Part shown: positions 37,325 to 49,477 of the stretch, in pieces
Layout: every line of letters starts with the position of its first letter
How positions within the stretch are numbered: the first letter of the stretch is position 1
NCBI GenBank assembly: GCA_051530055.1
Contig: CM121343.1
Coordinates: 3,814,389-3,878,388, forward strand
DNA length: 64,000 nt
Source: Neoechinorhynchus agilis
Lineage: Eukaryota; Animalia; Acanthocephala
Reading direction: 5' to 3'
Translations under genes and position numbers: made by a program
Notes under the pieces: generated by a model
What the model was told of the DNA's origin: nothing
The model's input: only the letters and a program-made list of their open reading frames with translations
The model's database searches: none

Positions 37325-37412
37325 CGTATTTAACAACCTTGATAGACGCGTATGAGATTGTACTTCCGAAATCAATCGGAACCAATAAATCCTTGTAATT
37401 TTTCAACGCCTA
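37325..37412. mobile_element. Family A MITE half-copy
   Basis: CCTTGATAGACGCGTATGAGATTG..CCGAAATCAATCGGAACCAATAAATCC matches 1960-2015. Confidence 0.7.
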
Positions 37413-37532
37413 TTTGTCGCTAAAAGGTTCGGAATCATTAGTAAATAATGCGATAAAGTATTTTATCCGAGGCACACCTATGAGTTTAGTCATAAAGAGT
37501 TCGATTTATTCGAGATTCCTCCTGCAAACACC

Positions 37533-39488
37533 TCAACGGTTCGCCGCACTCGGTGGCGCTTTTATGGTCTGGTCAACGCTAAGTACCAAGCATACCGCTT
37601 CCGTTGCTGCTCTGATACAATTGATTTTCACGCTAGCAGGTTCCCATATTCCAGTTTCGAAAGTGTCCACAATTGAATCAACTTTATTGACATCGACCCC
37701 ATACGACTTACCTTTATAATCGACTTCATATTTGATTTCCAACTTTATAGCCGAATTAGTTTTCGACTCTAAACATAATGACTTGGCAGACTCTGAATGC
37801 GAAGCCACAAATGGCGACAACTCAATATTTTCGAATCGAACAAGAGAACGAGTTTTATCAGTGCTTGAGCTAAAATTTAGCGATAGCAAATCGGTTCCAA
37901 TGGGCTGTATGGCATGAACAGAGAAGCGCAATTCAAATTGTTTGTTCAAATCTTTAATCTCAGTCGTTGCAACGGTCTTTTGCGACGCATCAACTCCACG
38001 GTACAGAACGACAGTGAACATTTGATCATCAGTGACATTTAGTTTAGAAAGCAGTCGACAATTCAAGATAAAATCCCGTTCACTGTGTTTTTGACGGAGT
38101 AGAGTAAGAGCGTTGATTGAATCGAACCCTGCATTATCGCACAGCTGACGCGGAATCACTTCAAATGCTCTTCCAATTATCCTAATAACCAATTGATCCT
38201 TACCACTGACAGTCAAACTTCTTATTCGCAAATATCCGGACACGTCCATTTCACAGGCTCCTCCACCAGCAACGATCAAATCATTCTTAAGCGTCCTTCT
38301 TACAACCATAATCGCATCATGAAGTGACCTTTCGGTTTCATCCATATATTGCTGCGCTCCACCTCTTATTATAAAAGTACACGACTTTCCAAGAGGACAA
38401 TCTTTGAACACATTGAACCTACACGCACCAATCTGAACCTCATCGAATCGCCCACATCGTCCGTACGAAGAATCACTGATGTTATCAACCGTGGACACAA
38501 TGCATCCACCACAAGCCTTCATTGTCCTGGTCATGTCTTCATCGGGAATACGACCAGCACAGAATATTCCTCGATCCGCGAAATACTGAGTAGCTACGTC
38601 ACCAATTGGAAGACGAGAAAGGACTACATTTACGCCTGCATTAGCCAAAACTTCCATCTTTTTATAAAGAATGGTCCATTCAGCGTCGATAACTTGCTGA
38701 TAATCCTCAACAGATCGAATCCTAAGTTCAGCATTGTCCCTTTCTGCCTTTAATTCAAGTTCAATGTTCAATAGAGCTATTTTAGCACCTTTGTAAGTCT
38801 TTGGTTGCATTTCAAACCCAGCGTAGGAGAAAGCTTTTTTAAAAGCAACTCCATCGATCAGACAAGAATCGCTGACGCTACCACCAGCCACTTTTTTTAT
38901 TCCAATCATTTGAAGTGGTAAAGATTCCTGATCCAGCATTAAGACGGCTTTCACAACCAAATGCGCAAAATGTCCCTTGTGTTGAGCGATCAATTTCGAG
39001 TTTAGACTGGTTGTTGCACAACGCTTTAAAAGTCCAATATCAACTTGATTGTTGTTTGTTCGGATACTCACAGCGGACTCATTTATTTTCTCGACGGCCA
39101 TTGCACAAGCACGACGAGTAGCGCGGATTATAGCGGTTGGGTGGACGCCGTCCATTACTAATTTTTTTAAATGGTTGATCATCTCGCATGCTAGTAAAAC
39201 AACACTGGTGGTGCCATCGCCTACTTCATCATCCTGCGATCGAGCTATCTCGACTAAGGATTTAGCTGCTGGATGAACTACTTCAAGGCAGCTCATTACC
39301 GTCGCACCGTCATTGCTCACTGTTACCTTCCGTGAGCTATCCACTATGAGTTTATCCATTCCGCATGGACCCAAAGTTGTACGAACAGCCTCACCAACCG
39401 CTAAACAAGCATTCAGATTCGACACGAGGTGCTGGTCACCATCAGAAGCATTGGAACCGTCCTTAAGAATTATCACCGTAGGATGCAT
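37533..39488 (-). CDS. CCT7: T-complex protein 1 subunit eta, with a 122-aa internal insertion
   Basis: VRTTLGPCGMDKLI, SNDGAT, VGDGTTSV and the eta-specific FSYAGFEMQPK and ELELKAERDNAE; C-terminal YGVD..WEPASVKIN..AATEA. Single 651-codon ORF. Confidence 0.98.
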   Translation of the reverse strand: MHPTVIILKDGSNASDGDQHLVSNLNACLAVGEAVRTTLGPCGMDKLIVDSSRKVTVSNDGATVMSCLEVVHPAAKSLVEIARSQDDEVGDGTTSVVLLACEMINHLKKLVMDGVHPTAIIRATRRACAMAVEKINESAVSIRTNNNQVDIGLLKRCATTSLNSKLIAQHKGHFAHLVVKAVLMLDQESLPLQMIGIKKVAGGSVSDSCLIDGVAFKKAFSYAGFEMQPKTYKGAKIALLNIELELKAERDNAELRIRSVEDYQQVIDAEWTILYKKMEVLANAGVNVVLSRLPIGDVATQYFADRGIFCAGRIPDEDMTRTMKACGGCIVSTVDNISDSSYGRCGRFDEVQIGACRFNVFKDCPLGKSCTFIIRGGAQQYMDETERSLHDAIMVVRRTLKNDLIVAGGGACEMDVSGYLRIRSLTVSGKDQLVIRIIGRAFEVIPRQLCDNAGFDSINALTLLRQKHSERDFILNCRLLSKLNVTDDQMFTVVLYRGVDASQKTVATTEIKDLNKQFELRFSVHAIQPIGTDLLSLNFSSSTDKTRSLVRFENIELSPFVASHSESAKSLCLESKTNSAIKLEIKYEVDYKGKSYGVDVNKVDSIVDTFETGIWEPASVKINCIRAATEAVCLVLSVDQTIKAPPSAANR

Positions 39489-39640
39489 TCGATCTGCTGA
39501 GGAGAAACGCTAAGAACGGGCGACGCACAAACATGCGAAGGAACCACAAAACCCGGAAGTGTCGACGATTCGCAAATTGTTGTGACGTCACTTATCCTAA
39601 CTTTTTTATAAAAACTTTTAAAAGTACGTTCCACAAATCC

Positions 39641-40781
39641 CTGACGCACAGTTACATTCAACGGTCATAGGCGAATCGCAATGCGTTCCCCTTTTTGGAC
39701 TTTTTGATAATTAGATAAGAAACAGAGTTTGCAACCAGTGATTATACAGGAAGATTGGCGCACCGATGACAAATACTCATTTATCAAAATGGTCCCGTTT
39801 AATTATAAAACGAAAAGCATGAAGTCTCGGTTTGATTGTGCCTACTACTATTGCTCCAATAGGGATTTCCTCAAAAATAAGTCAGAGCTTCTTAGAAATA
39901 CGTTCAAAGGAAAGGGCTATCAAATCTACGTGATAAGAAGAGCAAGTTGCAGTTTTCTATGGAAGGAAAACAGCGTGACAGGAGTCGAAACGAAGGGCCT
40001 TCATAAGTGTGGCATTCGTCGGCGAAGAGTTTTTCACCACAATTAACGATTTGATTAATGGAGCTGCGCCCAAAGACATAGATTCTAATAACAAAAGAAC
40101 AAAAAAATGCTCTGAGGAGAGGTACTGATGCCAGTTCTGCTATGGAATGTTCGTGATTTCATTTCTGGACTGTTCTGCTACTTTCTTGAGAAAGCTTTTT
40201 CGACAAAAGAATATCAGCGGACACGAACTTCGGTCCAGCGTATTGACAGAAATATATTTCCTTTTTGACAACTTTTTGTTTTTAACCGGTAAAAACAAAA
40301 CTTGATCATTGATGCGGCTGGAAAATCAAGTTGTGTTTCAAAAGGTTTTCTACAAATTACCGTTGCATTGCCTTTAATACATTCCCACAAACCATTGATC
40401 GGGCTTGTTATGGAAATTGGCTGGGATGGACTCTGAGAGCTCCATGTTTTTTGGAGGCATTTCCATTCGTATTTAAGTACGCAATTTGTCGATGGACATT
40501 TGTTTATTCAAATCTTTTGATCGGCATTTTCGAATCAACACAATCGCACTCTTCTCCATTAATTGCGATACACAAATAAGCTCACAATGAACACCTATAA
40601 CTGATTTTGGTTTTCTTGTTAGTGTTCTTTAACATATTACCAGGAGTCTTTTCTTTATTTTGCTATCCGGTACTCATTTTGCCCAAGGCCAGCAATTTCT
40701 CTAATTTGATTAAAAGCCTTCATGGGGCTAAATCGTTTATCGCATTTTTAACAACGGAATCTTAGAGGATTGAAAGTGGAG
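39641..40781. repeat. 1.14-kb dispersed duplication, copy 2
   Basis: Near-identical to 17941-19080; begins about 150 bp upstream of the CCT7 ATG. Confidence 0.95.
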
Positions 40782-40830
40782 TTTAGTCTTCTATGGAAGG
40801 AAAAGGCCGAAACGACTCCAATATCAACAT

Positions 40831-41882
40831 CCCACAGTTGATTTTCATGCGTTCATTGAATACGTTTATAAGATTTTCCCTACCTCTACCATTTTTACAA
40901 CGTTTTATTTCCATTTTAACACGAGCGCAACACTCGCAAACTGAATTCCTTTCATATTCCTCCGCTCCTTTTTCCATACTGCCCAATATTCTTGGATATC
41001 ATCGTCCGAAATGAACCGAAGAAAAGACTTTACCTCACAAACTCTCCACGGCGCGAATAACCAAACCACTTTCCCCCACTCTACCGAACTGATTATAAAC
41101 TCCAAAATCAAGAGCCACATTCATTTAACCAATCGGAATCTTACCCTCCTTCACCTACGGCTATCCCGTCTTTTGGAACCTTTCCCAATCACAAATCCGT
41201 CGTCTTGAAACGTTTCATCAAAGAGCATCTAAAATTCCCACAGTTGATTTTCATCCGTTCACTGAATACCTTTATAAGATTTTCCCTACCTCTACCATTT
41301 TTACAACGTTTTATTTCCATTTTAACACGAGCACAACACTCGCAAACTGAATTCCTTTCATATTCCTCCGCTCCTTTTTCCATACTGCCCAATATTCTTG
41401 GATATCATCGTCCGAAATGAACCGAAGAAAAGACTTTACCTCACAAACTCTCCACGGCGCGAATAACCAAACCACTTTCCCCACTCTACCGAACTGATTA
41501 TAAACTCCAAAATCAAGAGCCACATTCATTTAACCAATCGGAATCTTACCCTCCTTCACCTACGGCTATCCCGTCTTTTGGAACCTTTCCCAATCACAAA
41601 TCCGTCGTCTTGAAACGTTTCATCAAAGAGCATCTAAAATTCCCACAGTTGATTTTCATCCGTTCACTGAATACCTTTATAAGATTTTCCCTACCTCTAC
41701 CATTTTTACAACGTTTTATTTCCATTTTAACACGAGCACAACACTCGCAAACTGAATTCCTTTCATATTCCTCCGCTCCTTTTTCCATACTGCCCAATAT
41801 TCTTGGATATCATCGTCCGAAATGAACCGAAGAAAAGACTTTACCTCACAAACTCTCCACGGCGCGTCCAAAATCAAGAGCC
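40831..41882. repeat. Tandem repeat, 405-406 bp unit, about 2.6 copies
   Basis: CCCACAGTTGATTTTCAT at 40831, 41237 and 41642. Minus strand has a decayed coding look (YWAVWKKERRN), possibly a LINE C-terminal region. Confidence 0.95.
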
Positions 41883-42417
41883 CTAGGATCCATCTTATAG
41901 ATCGAGTGTTCACGAGCACTGCGAACCAAACATCAATTGACAAGTTCACAGTTGCTGTAGGAAACCGAACTTTTCATCAAAGATCCCACAAGCTGTGCAA
42001 TTTAGAGTAGATGAGAATAAAACAAACGGTTAGCTATTTTGGTAAATGGCAACAAATGAAAATCTCGTAGCAACCCAAACGAGGACATTAAGATTTAATT
42101 TAATGTACGAATACGCCTATTATTTAAAGTCGTTGTCAAGGTGCAGACCAATTCATGCACCGAAATTGACAATTTTGCCTAAGATTCTATAGAAAAAACT
42201 TATTGCAGAGATGTATCTTAGAACACAAATATTCGCCTCAGGCATTTTTGAACAATAACTTTGGCCTCAAAATGCGTAGGAGTCCTGAAATTGCTGGAGA
42301 ATCGCCGTAAGCATTATCCAGTTTTACGAGGTGGCAGCATCGATGCGGTTTTTGTCCGTTTTAAGAACTAATTAGGATGCGATTATTTTATATTGTTCTC
42401 TTTTTTAAGCTTTAAGA

Positions 42418-42600
42418 TCATTCCACGGTCGAAAGGACGGATGTAGTGTTCCATCCCCGCTGCAGAGGCAGACTTATGTTTTGTAGGAGGAATGTTCCTG
42501 ATCTCGGATCGCCCGTGATTCGCCTCAATCTCTTAAACCGCTTACATTTTTCCTGCGGTACGAAGTGAATATGGGTGTTTGCGACTAAAAACGACCGATC
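42418..42600 (-). mobile_element. CRE-clade 3' coding remnant
   Basis: LRRITGDPRSGTFLLQNISLPLQRG..SVLST, homologous to the end of ORF 54960-55391. Confidence 0.75.
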
Positions 42601-44590
42601 TCCTAACATCCAAGTCCACAATGTCATCTGAACGTTGGTAGGATTTGGTCGAAATGTGAATAAATATTTAAAACTATCCAATTGTTAATCCGAGTGGATA
42701 TGTATTCTCAATGGCGAATTGTTACACACTCGAGCTTTATTATTGAAATCTTTATTGCGAATTTTCAAGGCCTCCTTCTCAAGCATTGATTGTAAGCTCC
42801 TAAATATGTGAGTTCATCTAAAAATACGCTAATGTTGGAAAACAACACGGATCTAAAACCGAAAAATTCGTGCATTGCGGATTTTCACGTATAAAAAAAG
42901 GAAAGAATTCTTCCAGGCACATTGAAATTGCTTTTGAGCATCCTTGTTCGTCCATTTGCTTGGAGCATTTATTGCTCTATGGTTCTTTTTTCTTAAGTCT
43001 CTATTTCTGATAATCGTTCATAGACTGATCGGAAAATAATCCCTTTAAATTTAACATCTTAATCTCATGGATTACCGAAGACTTTGGAGCTTATAAAGGC
43101 CCTTCGATTTAGATGTATTTTTCGACTTTAAGGTAAAAAAAGTATTAGCTTTCATCTCCAAATTGCCATTGAACATTGGTCAACATTAAATTGGTCAAAT
43201 TGTTTTAATTCATTTGATATGAGCAAGGATCCGAAATCTGATAGACCGTTTAGTTTAAAGCGGATTTGATCCAAAGTCAAAGAAAGGAGTGTTAAGATTT
43301 GTTGAAAATTTATATTTGGATTATGACCGTGTTTTTTATGTTGCTGTGATTGAAAGTAGACGTATCGCACGCGAACTGACTTGGAATTTGGTTTTGATTG
43401 ATCAATAAACTTCAAATGTAAACGGCTCGAATTAAAAAAAATTGTGATTTAGTAATTCTGAAGTTCCGAACTTAGTTAAAATCTACATTTTACACTTAAT
43501 TACTCATGATGCTACCGGTGCTAATGCTTATAAATCTAGATTTAAAGAGTAATCCGAAACAAATCTGAAAATTTTGTCTACTATGCTATTTAGGTTTGAA
43601 TTGAATATCGACAAGCCCGAATTTTAATTCGATGTTTAAAATATTATTTGATCCACTAACAAACTGAAATTGTTCATTTATTTGTTCTTTGGTGATTATA
43701 AAAATACTGTTTTATTATTCTAAATATTTCATCGGACTTCTTCAGCAGGTTGCTTGTAAGTACGAAATATTGAGATCAATAAAACAGTTTCATCGGTTTA
43801 CCGTCTCTTTTTATGGTTGTTGCCCTTAGTATCGAATAGCGTGTTTTTTTTGAAAAGTATTTAGTTTTACCAAGAGAGCCAATCCGATATGAAAAAGAGT
43901 GCCACTTTTGTATCTTTTGTCTACAGATTGTGAAAGGGAATCAATAAATCAATCTCTATATCATCAAACAAAATATATCCATGAACAACTTGTTTAAAAT
44001 CTACCGTATTTAATTGGGATGGATAGAACTGCCTAAACGTTGCAACAATTTAGTAGCGAACTCCGAAAGCTATTCCATGTCTCGTCAAATACAAACTTAA
44101 AAACTGAACCTGCTAAAGTAAAGCTACGAAAGTTCAATGCAACGTTTTTTATGTAGCACTCTACTCAAATTTCCTTCAGATGTGTTAATGGTTCCGACCA
44201 TTCTAGCCACTACGACGCTTGTAATTTGCCCTTTTAAATTTCTGTAGACTTTCTAGCTTCATTATTTGAACTTCACGGTTGTTCATGTAGTCATCGCGGC
44301 ATCACCACCACCACACGGTGAGTCCATTTATTCAATTAATGAATTATAATTAAGATCTTGCTATGCTCATACAAACTACAAATACTTTTTACTGACACGG
44401 GTTTGCGAATACAATGCCATTCATTGTTTCAATTTCTCGGTGTTTCTCTAAGGTTGTTTTTTGCGTCCGTATGTTGGTCCTTCTCATTGCTTTTATAACA
44501 ATCAGATCTTCTCAAATATTAATCTTCGGTGGTCACCACCACCACCACCACAAATGTCGACAATAACCACTTATTATCGTTAGATTTTAG

Positions 44591-47500
44591 ATGTTGAGAT
44601 CAAGGTTGTTCGCACTATTCATCCTGTTATGGATGAAATCCTCGATTTCCTATAGTTTTGATTCACACGCGTATATAAACGGAGTTATACCATTTGGTGC
44701 TTCCACGTTTTCGTCCAAGCAATCCGTAGGGTGGTTACTCGTGGACTGTAGTGATCACAAACTTATACTTTATGGATCAGGATTCGAAAAAGGACAAAAG
44801 ATTACATCGGACTCCCGTTTAATGATGTCCTTTACTACATCTGAATTTGGTTGCGATGCTGAACGGATTGAGCGTACGTTCTCTATTGTAGCACAATCGG
44901 ATACAGTCGCGTACGTTAATATCAGCTTGCCAAAAAAGGGGGTCAGATATTTCATTTGTTTGAGAATGAACGTTACAGAACACTTTTCAGTTTGGATTCA
45001 CCAAGGTAGTGAGTCCACAAAAACCATTTTAATAAAAACAAGATGGATGCCAACGTGGTTGATGATTTGTATGGTATTTTCTCTTGTTGCAATATCTGGT
45101 TTATTCAGCGGTCTTAATTTGGGACTAATGTCGTTAACGCTACAAGATTTAGATATTATCATCAGCTCGAACGAAGATCCGAAGATGGTTGAACAAGCAA
45201 TGAAGATAAAACCAATAAGAAAACGGGGGAATCTTTTATTATGTTCAATATTGCTTGGAAATGTACTTGTGAACACGATAACCACCATAATGCTTGACGA
45301 ACTTACCAATGGAATCTATGCGGTAACTTTGTCGACAATGGCGATCGTGATTTTCGGTGAAATCATCCCGCAAGCAATTTGCTCTAGGCATGGTTTACGC
45401 GTCGGGGCAGCTACTGTCTTGTGGATGAAACTCGTTATACTCATGACTTACGTGTTGGCTAAACCATTAAGTTTTATATTGGATAAAGTTCTGGGGGAAG
45501 AAGCAGGTTCTGCTTACACTCGCGGACAAGTCGTTGAACTAGTGAGGAGAAATGTCCCTTCTATAAGTGACACCGAGCGCCATATTCTAAGCGGAATGCT
45601 AGCTTTAAATAAGCGTCAAGTTGGCGATATCATGATTCCACTTCGAAACGTATTTATGTTAAATGAAAACAGTGCCGTGAACCACGAGCTTTACTTTGAT
45701 ATATATCAACAGGGTTTTACACGGATACCCGTATATAAGGAAAATAGGTGAGCGAAAACAACCGATCTGTTTACTTTGTTTTTTTTAATGCTCTCAGCTT
45801 CCCTATGCATAATCTAAATGAACTTTTCTATATATATATAATAATCCCCTTTGAAAAATAATAGATTTCGATACTAGTATTGTCGAAAATAGTGCTTATT
45901 CGCAATAAATTTAATTGCCAAAAATAGAAATAATTTACTCGACTTTTTTTATCAAATATTTTTCAAAGATAAATCTAAACACAGCTTATAGAGTTTCTAT
46001 CAAATATTTCGATCAAATTTCAAGGCTGAAAATTAGTAGAAAAATATATCATTTGAAGTAAGGAAATCAAAAAATCCATTATCAAGCAGCCGAATATTTG
46101 ATATTTTGTTTGAAAAACATTATTCTAAACAGGATTAAATGTACTTAATTTTATAATACAAATGAGGACTTCCTGAAGATTCCATACAACCATTTTAATT
46201 GCAAGCCCAAATTATGTCTTATTAAAATAGGTTCGACTACTGAAATTATTGACTAAATTGAGATTCTTAAAAGTACAATAAAGCGCGATACTCAAATATG
46301 GACATCTTATAAAAAAATTCGAAATGTCGTCAGCAAGATATTGTTATTATGTAGCCCGTTCGCTCGAGCAAAATTTAAGCTGAAGTATCGCAGTTTTAAA
46401 TTAAAGTCATGATTAAAAATAGGGAAAACGTTATTGGAATTCTTCACATGCGAGATTTCGCATTCGTTGATCCAGACAGCAGTAATCTTAAAGTTGCAAA
46501 TATATTAAGTATATTTAACCATCCATTGGGTTGCGTTGAATCTGAAACCGGTATTATGAGTTTATTTGATACTTTTAAGCAGGGTCAGTATGAGTTCTCA
46601 TATTTTGATAATGATTTAAATCGATTAGGACAATATCATATCGCACTTGTTACAAGACAAGAATCGGAATATGGTACGACATGCGTAAAAATCGCAGGCA
46701 TTGTCACATTAGAAGATGTAATTGAAGAAATATTTCAGTCAAAGATTTACGACGAATGGGATCACGTAAGTAAGTTAACACTGTCTTTTGAATGAAACAT
46801 TGTAATTTTTTTTACTTTTCAGCTCCCAGTGATGATCCAGCTCTCAAAAAGAAGCGAATATTGGACTATTCTAGTTTTCTAAAACCAAAACATAAAGATT
46901 CGGAAAATTTTATACCGCCTCAACAAAAAGTTGCCATATATCGATTTTTAAAGGAAGGTATATTTCCCATATACTCAAAATCAGTTGGAAGTATGAGCTA
47001 CTTTTTAGTAGAGGCATTTAAGGAGCCCTTTATTTCATGCAGTGTTTTGGAAAAGCTTATTAATACACCACATTTATATGTGGAGCACAAGTTTAAAAAG
47101 CGAATGGGTCCAGAAAGCAACACACCTAATAAATCATCTTCTGATCTTTCGAGCTGTCGAGACCAGTATTTCCTCCAGCGGTTCGAAACTTTGTCAGTCA
47201 ATAAGCTTTTGAGCCGCTGATGTATATGAGTACGGCAAGCCCGCCAATCACTACACTCTGATACTGAGTGGAAAGGCTCAATTGGAGACTGGTAAGGATA
47301 AGATCTTATCATCGGTTGGACCGTTTAATCATTTTGGTATTTCTATCTTGCTCGATCCTGATGATGATGTTTACGCGTTAACTTCTCCAAGCAATCATGT
47401 ACCAATCATTAACCGGTTAATCAATGTTGACTTCAGCCTACGTCTTGAAGAGGATTTGACTTGTTTACGAATCACCAGAGCTGTGTGGCTCGCGGCGGTT

Positions 47501-47734
47501 CGAACATCCATTTTGCAGACTCAACTTGGAGAGTTTAACATTCCAGTCGAGGAAGCAAACCGCAAACTCGATGAGCAGATCGGTAAATTAATGGACAATG
47601 AAAGTCGCTCAAAACTTTCCCACCCAGATTCGTTCATAAAAACGGACAAAAATCTTACGATATCTAAGTTAACGTTTACTAATTATTGCTTAAAATTAGT
47701 AACCGATGATTTCAAATCTCAAAATCCAATATGA
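44591..47734 (+). CDS. CNNM: CNNM/ACDP (Uex-like) metal transporter, multi-exon
   Basis: Signal peptide, DUF21 (GLFSGLNLGLMSL, PIRKRGNLLLCSILLGNVLVN, FGEIIPQAICSRHGL), CBS pair (GFTRIPVY, GIVTLEDVIEEI) and a cNMP-like C-terminal region; GT-AG introns. Confidence 0.96.
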
Positions 47735-48676
47735 CTGGACGTAATGGACAGACTTGCGAAGACGACGATGAATTCTCACACGAAACGTCTAAGTTAATTT
47801 GAATCTGCCATTTCACCGCAAATAGATCAAATGTGTTCATAAGATGAACCGCCGTTGATTTATGTTAATTTTGTTAAAATGAGTAGTTGGTTTGGTAGAC
47901 TTGTTTTTACATTTGGGTAAAAACTCGTCTAATTTTTTTTACAAGTATGTTGATATCACTAAATGAAAGAGAGATTTTCGACTGCAACCAATCACCGACT
48001 AGTTCGCATAAACATATATCTACCGGTCTTGTAAAAATCCAAAAAGGTAATTGTAACGTGATTTATGCCACAAATATTTTCTAACTTTTTTCAATTTTCT
48101 ATAAATAAAGCAATTGTATTTTAGTGCGTTTACGAATCGTAGTCGCCTAAAACTATTTTTGCGCCTACAATTTTATATACTATAATAGTATCAGATTTCT
48201 GTACTAGATTTTTCACTCTAAAACTTTTTTTTACGAATAGCGAAAAAATAAATTCATATTTCATTAAGTTTTAACGAGTAAATTTAAAGTTCTCGTTATT
48301 TTATTTATGAGCAACAATTAACGACATTGCCTATATTTCCTCATTACACTTTTCAATGAATTTATTTAACATTGTGTTTCGACGATTCTATCACTATATT
48401 TACAAACGATCACTGATACGCTTGTTACCAGCAACCGCCTCATTTTCATTGGCTAATTTTTAGATTTTAATTTGTTGCACGATCATTGGACTTCCGTTCA
48501 AACTACAATTGAATATAATATTCAAAAAATTCAAGTGATTGCTGACATAATTGCGACGACTAAACGTATCAGTCAAATCTCCTACACTGGATGTCGATTG
48601 GATCCGGCCTTCGTAATAAGTTATCGATGCCATAACGTCGGTATTCTCGCTTTAACATAATTCGAGAATACTGATT

Positions 48677-49477
48677 CTAAGCCAGAAATGTTTTTGTATA
48701 TATTAGGCAATGCGGATCATCTTTAGTACTTCTTGACCTATTTTTAGGTCTTTTCGTTTGTTTTTCTCGTTTCTTCATCAAATTCAATTCCTTCTTCCTT
48801 CTTACTTCTTCCTCAGGGATCGGAATTCCACTGCAACATGTTAGTTGCACATTATGCGGCGGTCGCCCAGGTCCTTTTCTTGTATTTTCCAATTTACGCC
48901 ACTTTGCTCTTCGATTTTGAAACCAAACCTAAATTGTAATTATTTCTTTCTATTAGCAGCAGCGAATCAAAATAAATGGAATTCGGTTTAAATTTTCGAT
49001 GCAATAATGACTCTATCTATATATCATTCTGCGGAATCCCATGAAAGGCCACTTACATTTTTCAAAGGAATATTCGTTCGATACAATTTTGGAAAATAGC
49101 GAATATGAGCTTAAATGTTTCTTTTACCTGAATGCGTGATTCAGACAAGTTCAATCGTAATGCTAATGTTTCACGTAGAAATACATCGGGATAGTGGCTT
49201 TCTATAAAGCAATTTTCAAGCTCCCTTAACTGCCAGTTTGTGAAGTTAGTTCTGCTCCTCTTTCTGCTTGATTTTCTTTTATCATATCCTGCTATTAAAC
49301 TTTAATTCATTATGAAAAAAGATCGATATAAATACCTTCAACGTTATCAATTTTGTCTACTTGAGTATTTGCAAAATACAGCAAATCTTTAGTTTCATCC
49401 AGCTTGGACATCGATGAATTTGATTTACTGATATATTTTATTGATTCTTTGACTTCCATGGACTGATTTTGTGTCAT
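48677..49477 (-). CDS. UNCX: UNC-4/UNCX paired-like homeobox protein (at least 3 exons; 5' end uncertain)
   Basis: Spliced frame [44 protein letters not shown]|[29 protein letters not shown]. Intron 48929-49127 is at the classic Q/V position; KGPGRP is the UNC-4-type tail. Confidence 0.95.

Noticed and set aside
37706-37715. Perfect donor AG|GTAAGT inside CCT7
   Set aside because: Using it would remove the conserved YGVD..WEP C-terminal strands; treated as coincidental coding sequence (GKS).
37713-38078. Intein in CCT7
   Set aside because: No N-terminal Cys/Ser at the junction, no terminal His-Asn followed by Cys/Ser/Thr, and no LAGLIDADG motif.
38349-39513. Plus-strand ORFs over CCT7 (and similar ones over the LIM, mitofusin, CNNM, Gypsy and Cys-rich genes)
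   Set aside because: Antisense or alternate-frame shadows of real coding sequence, with no motifs of their own.
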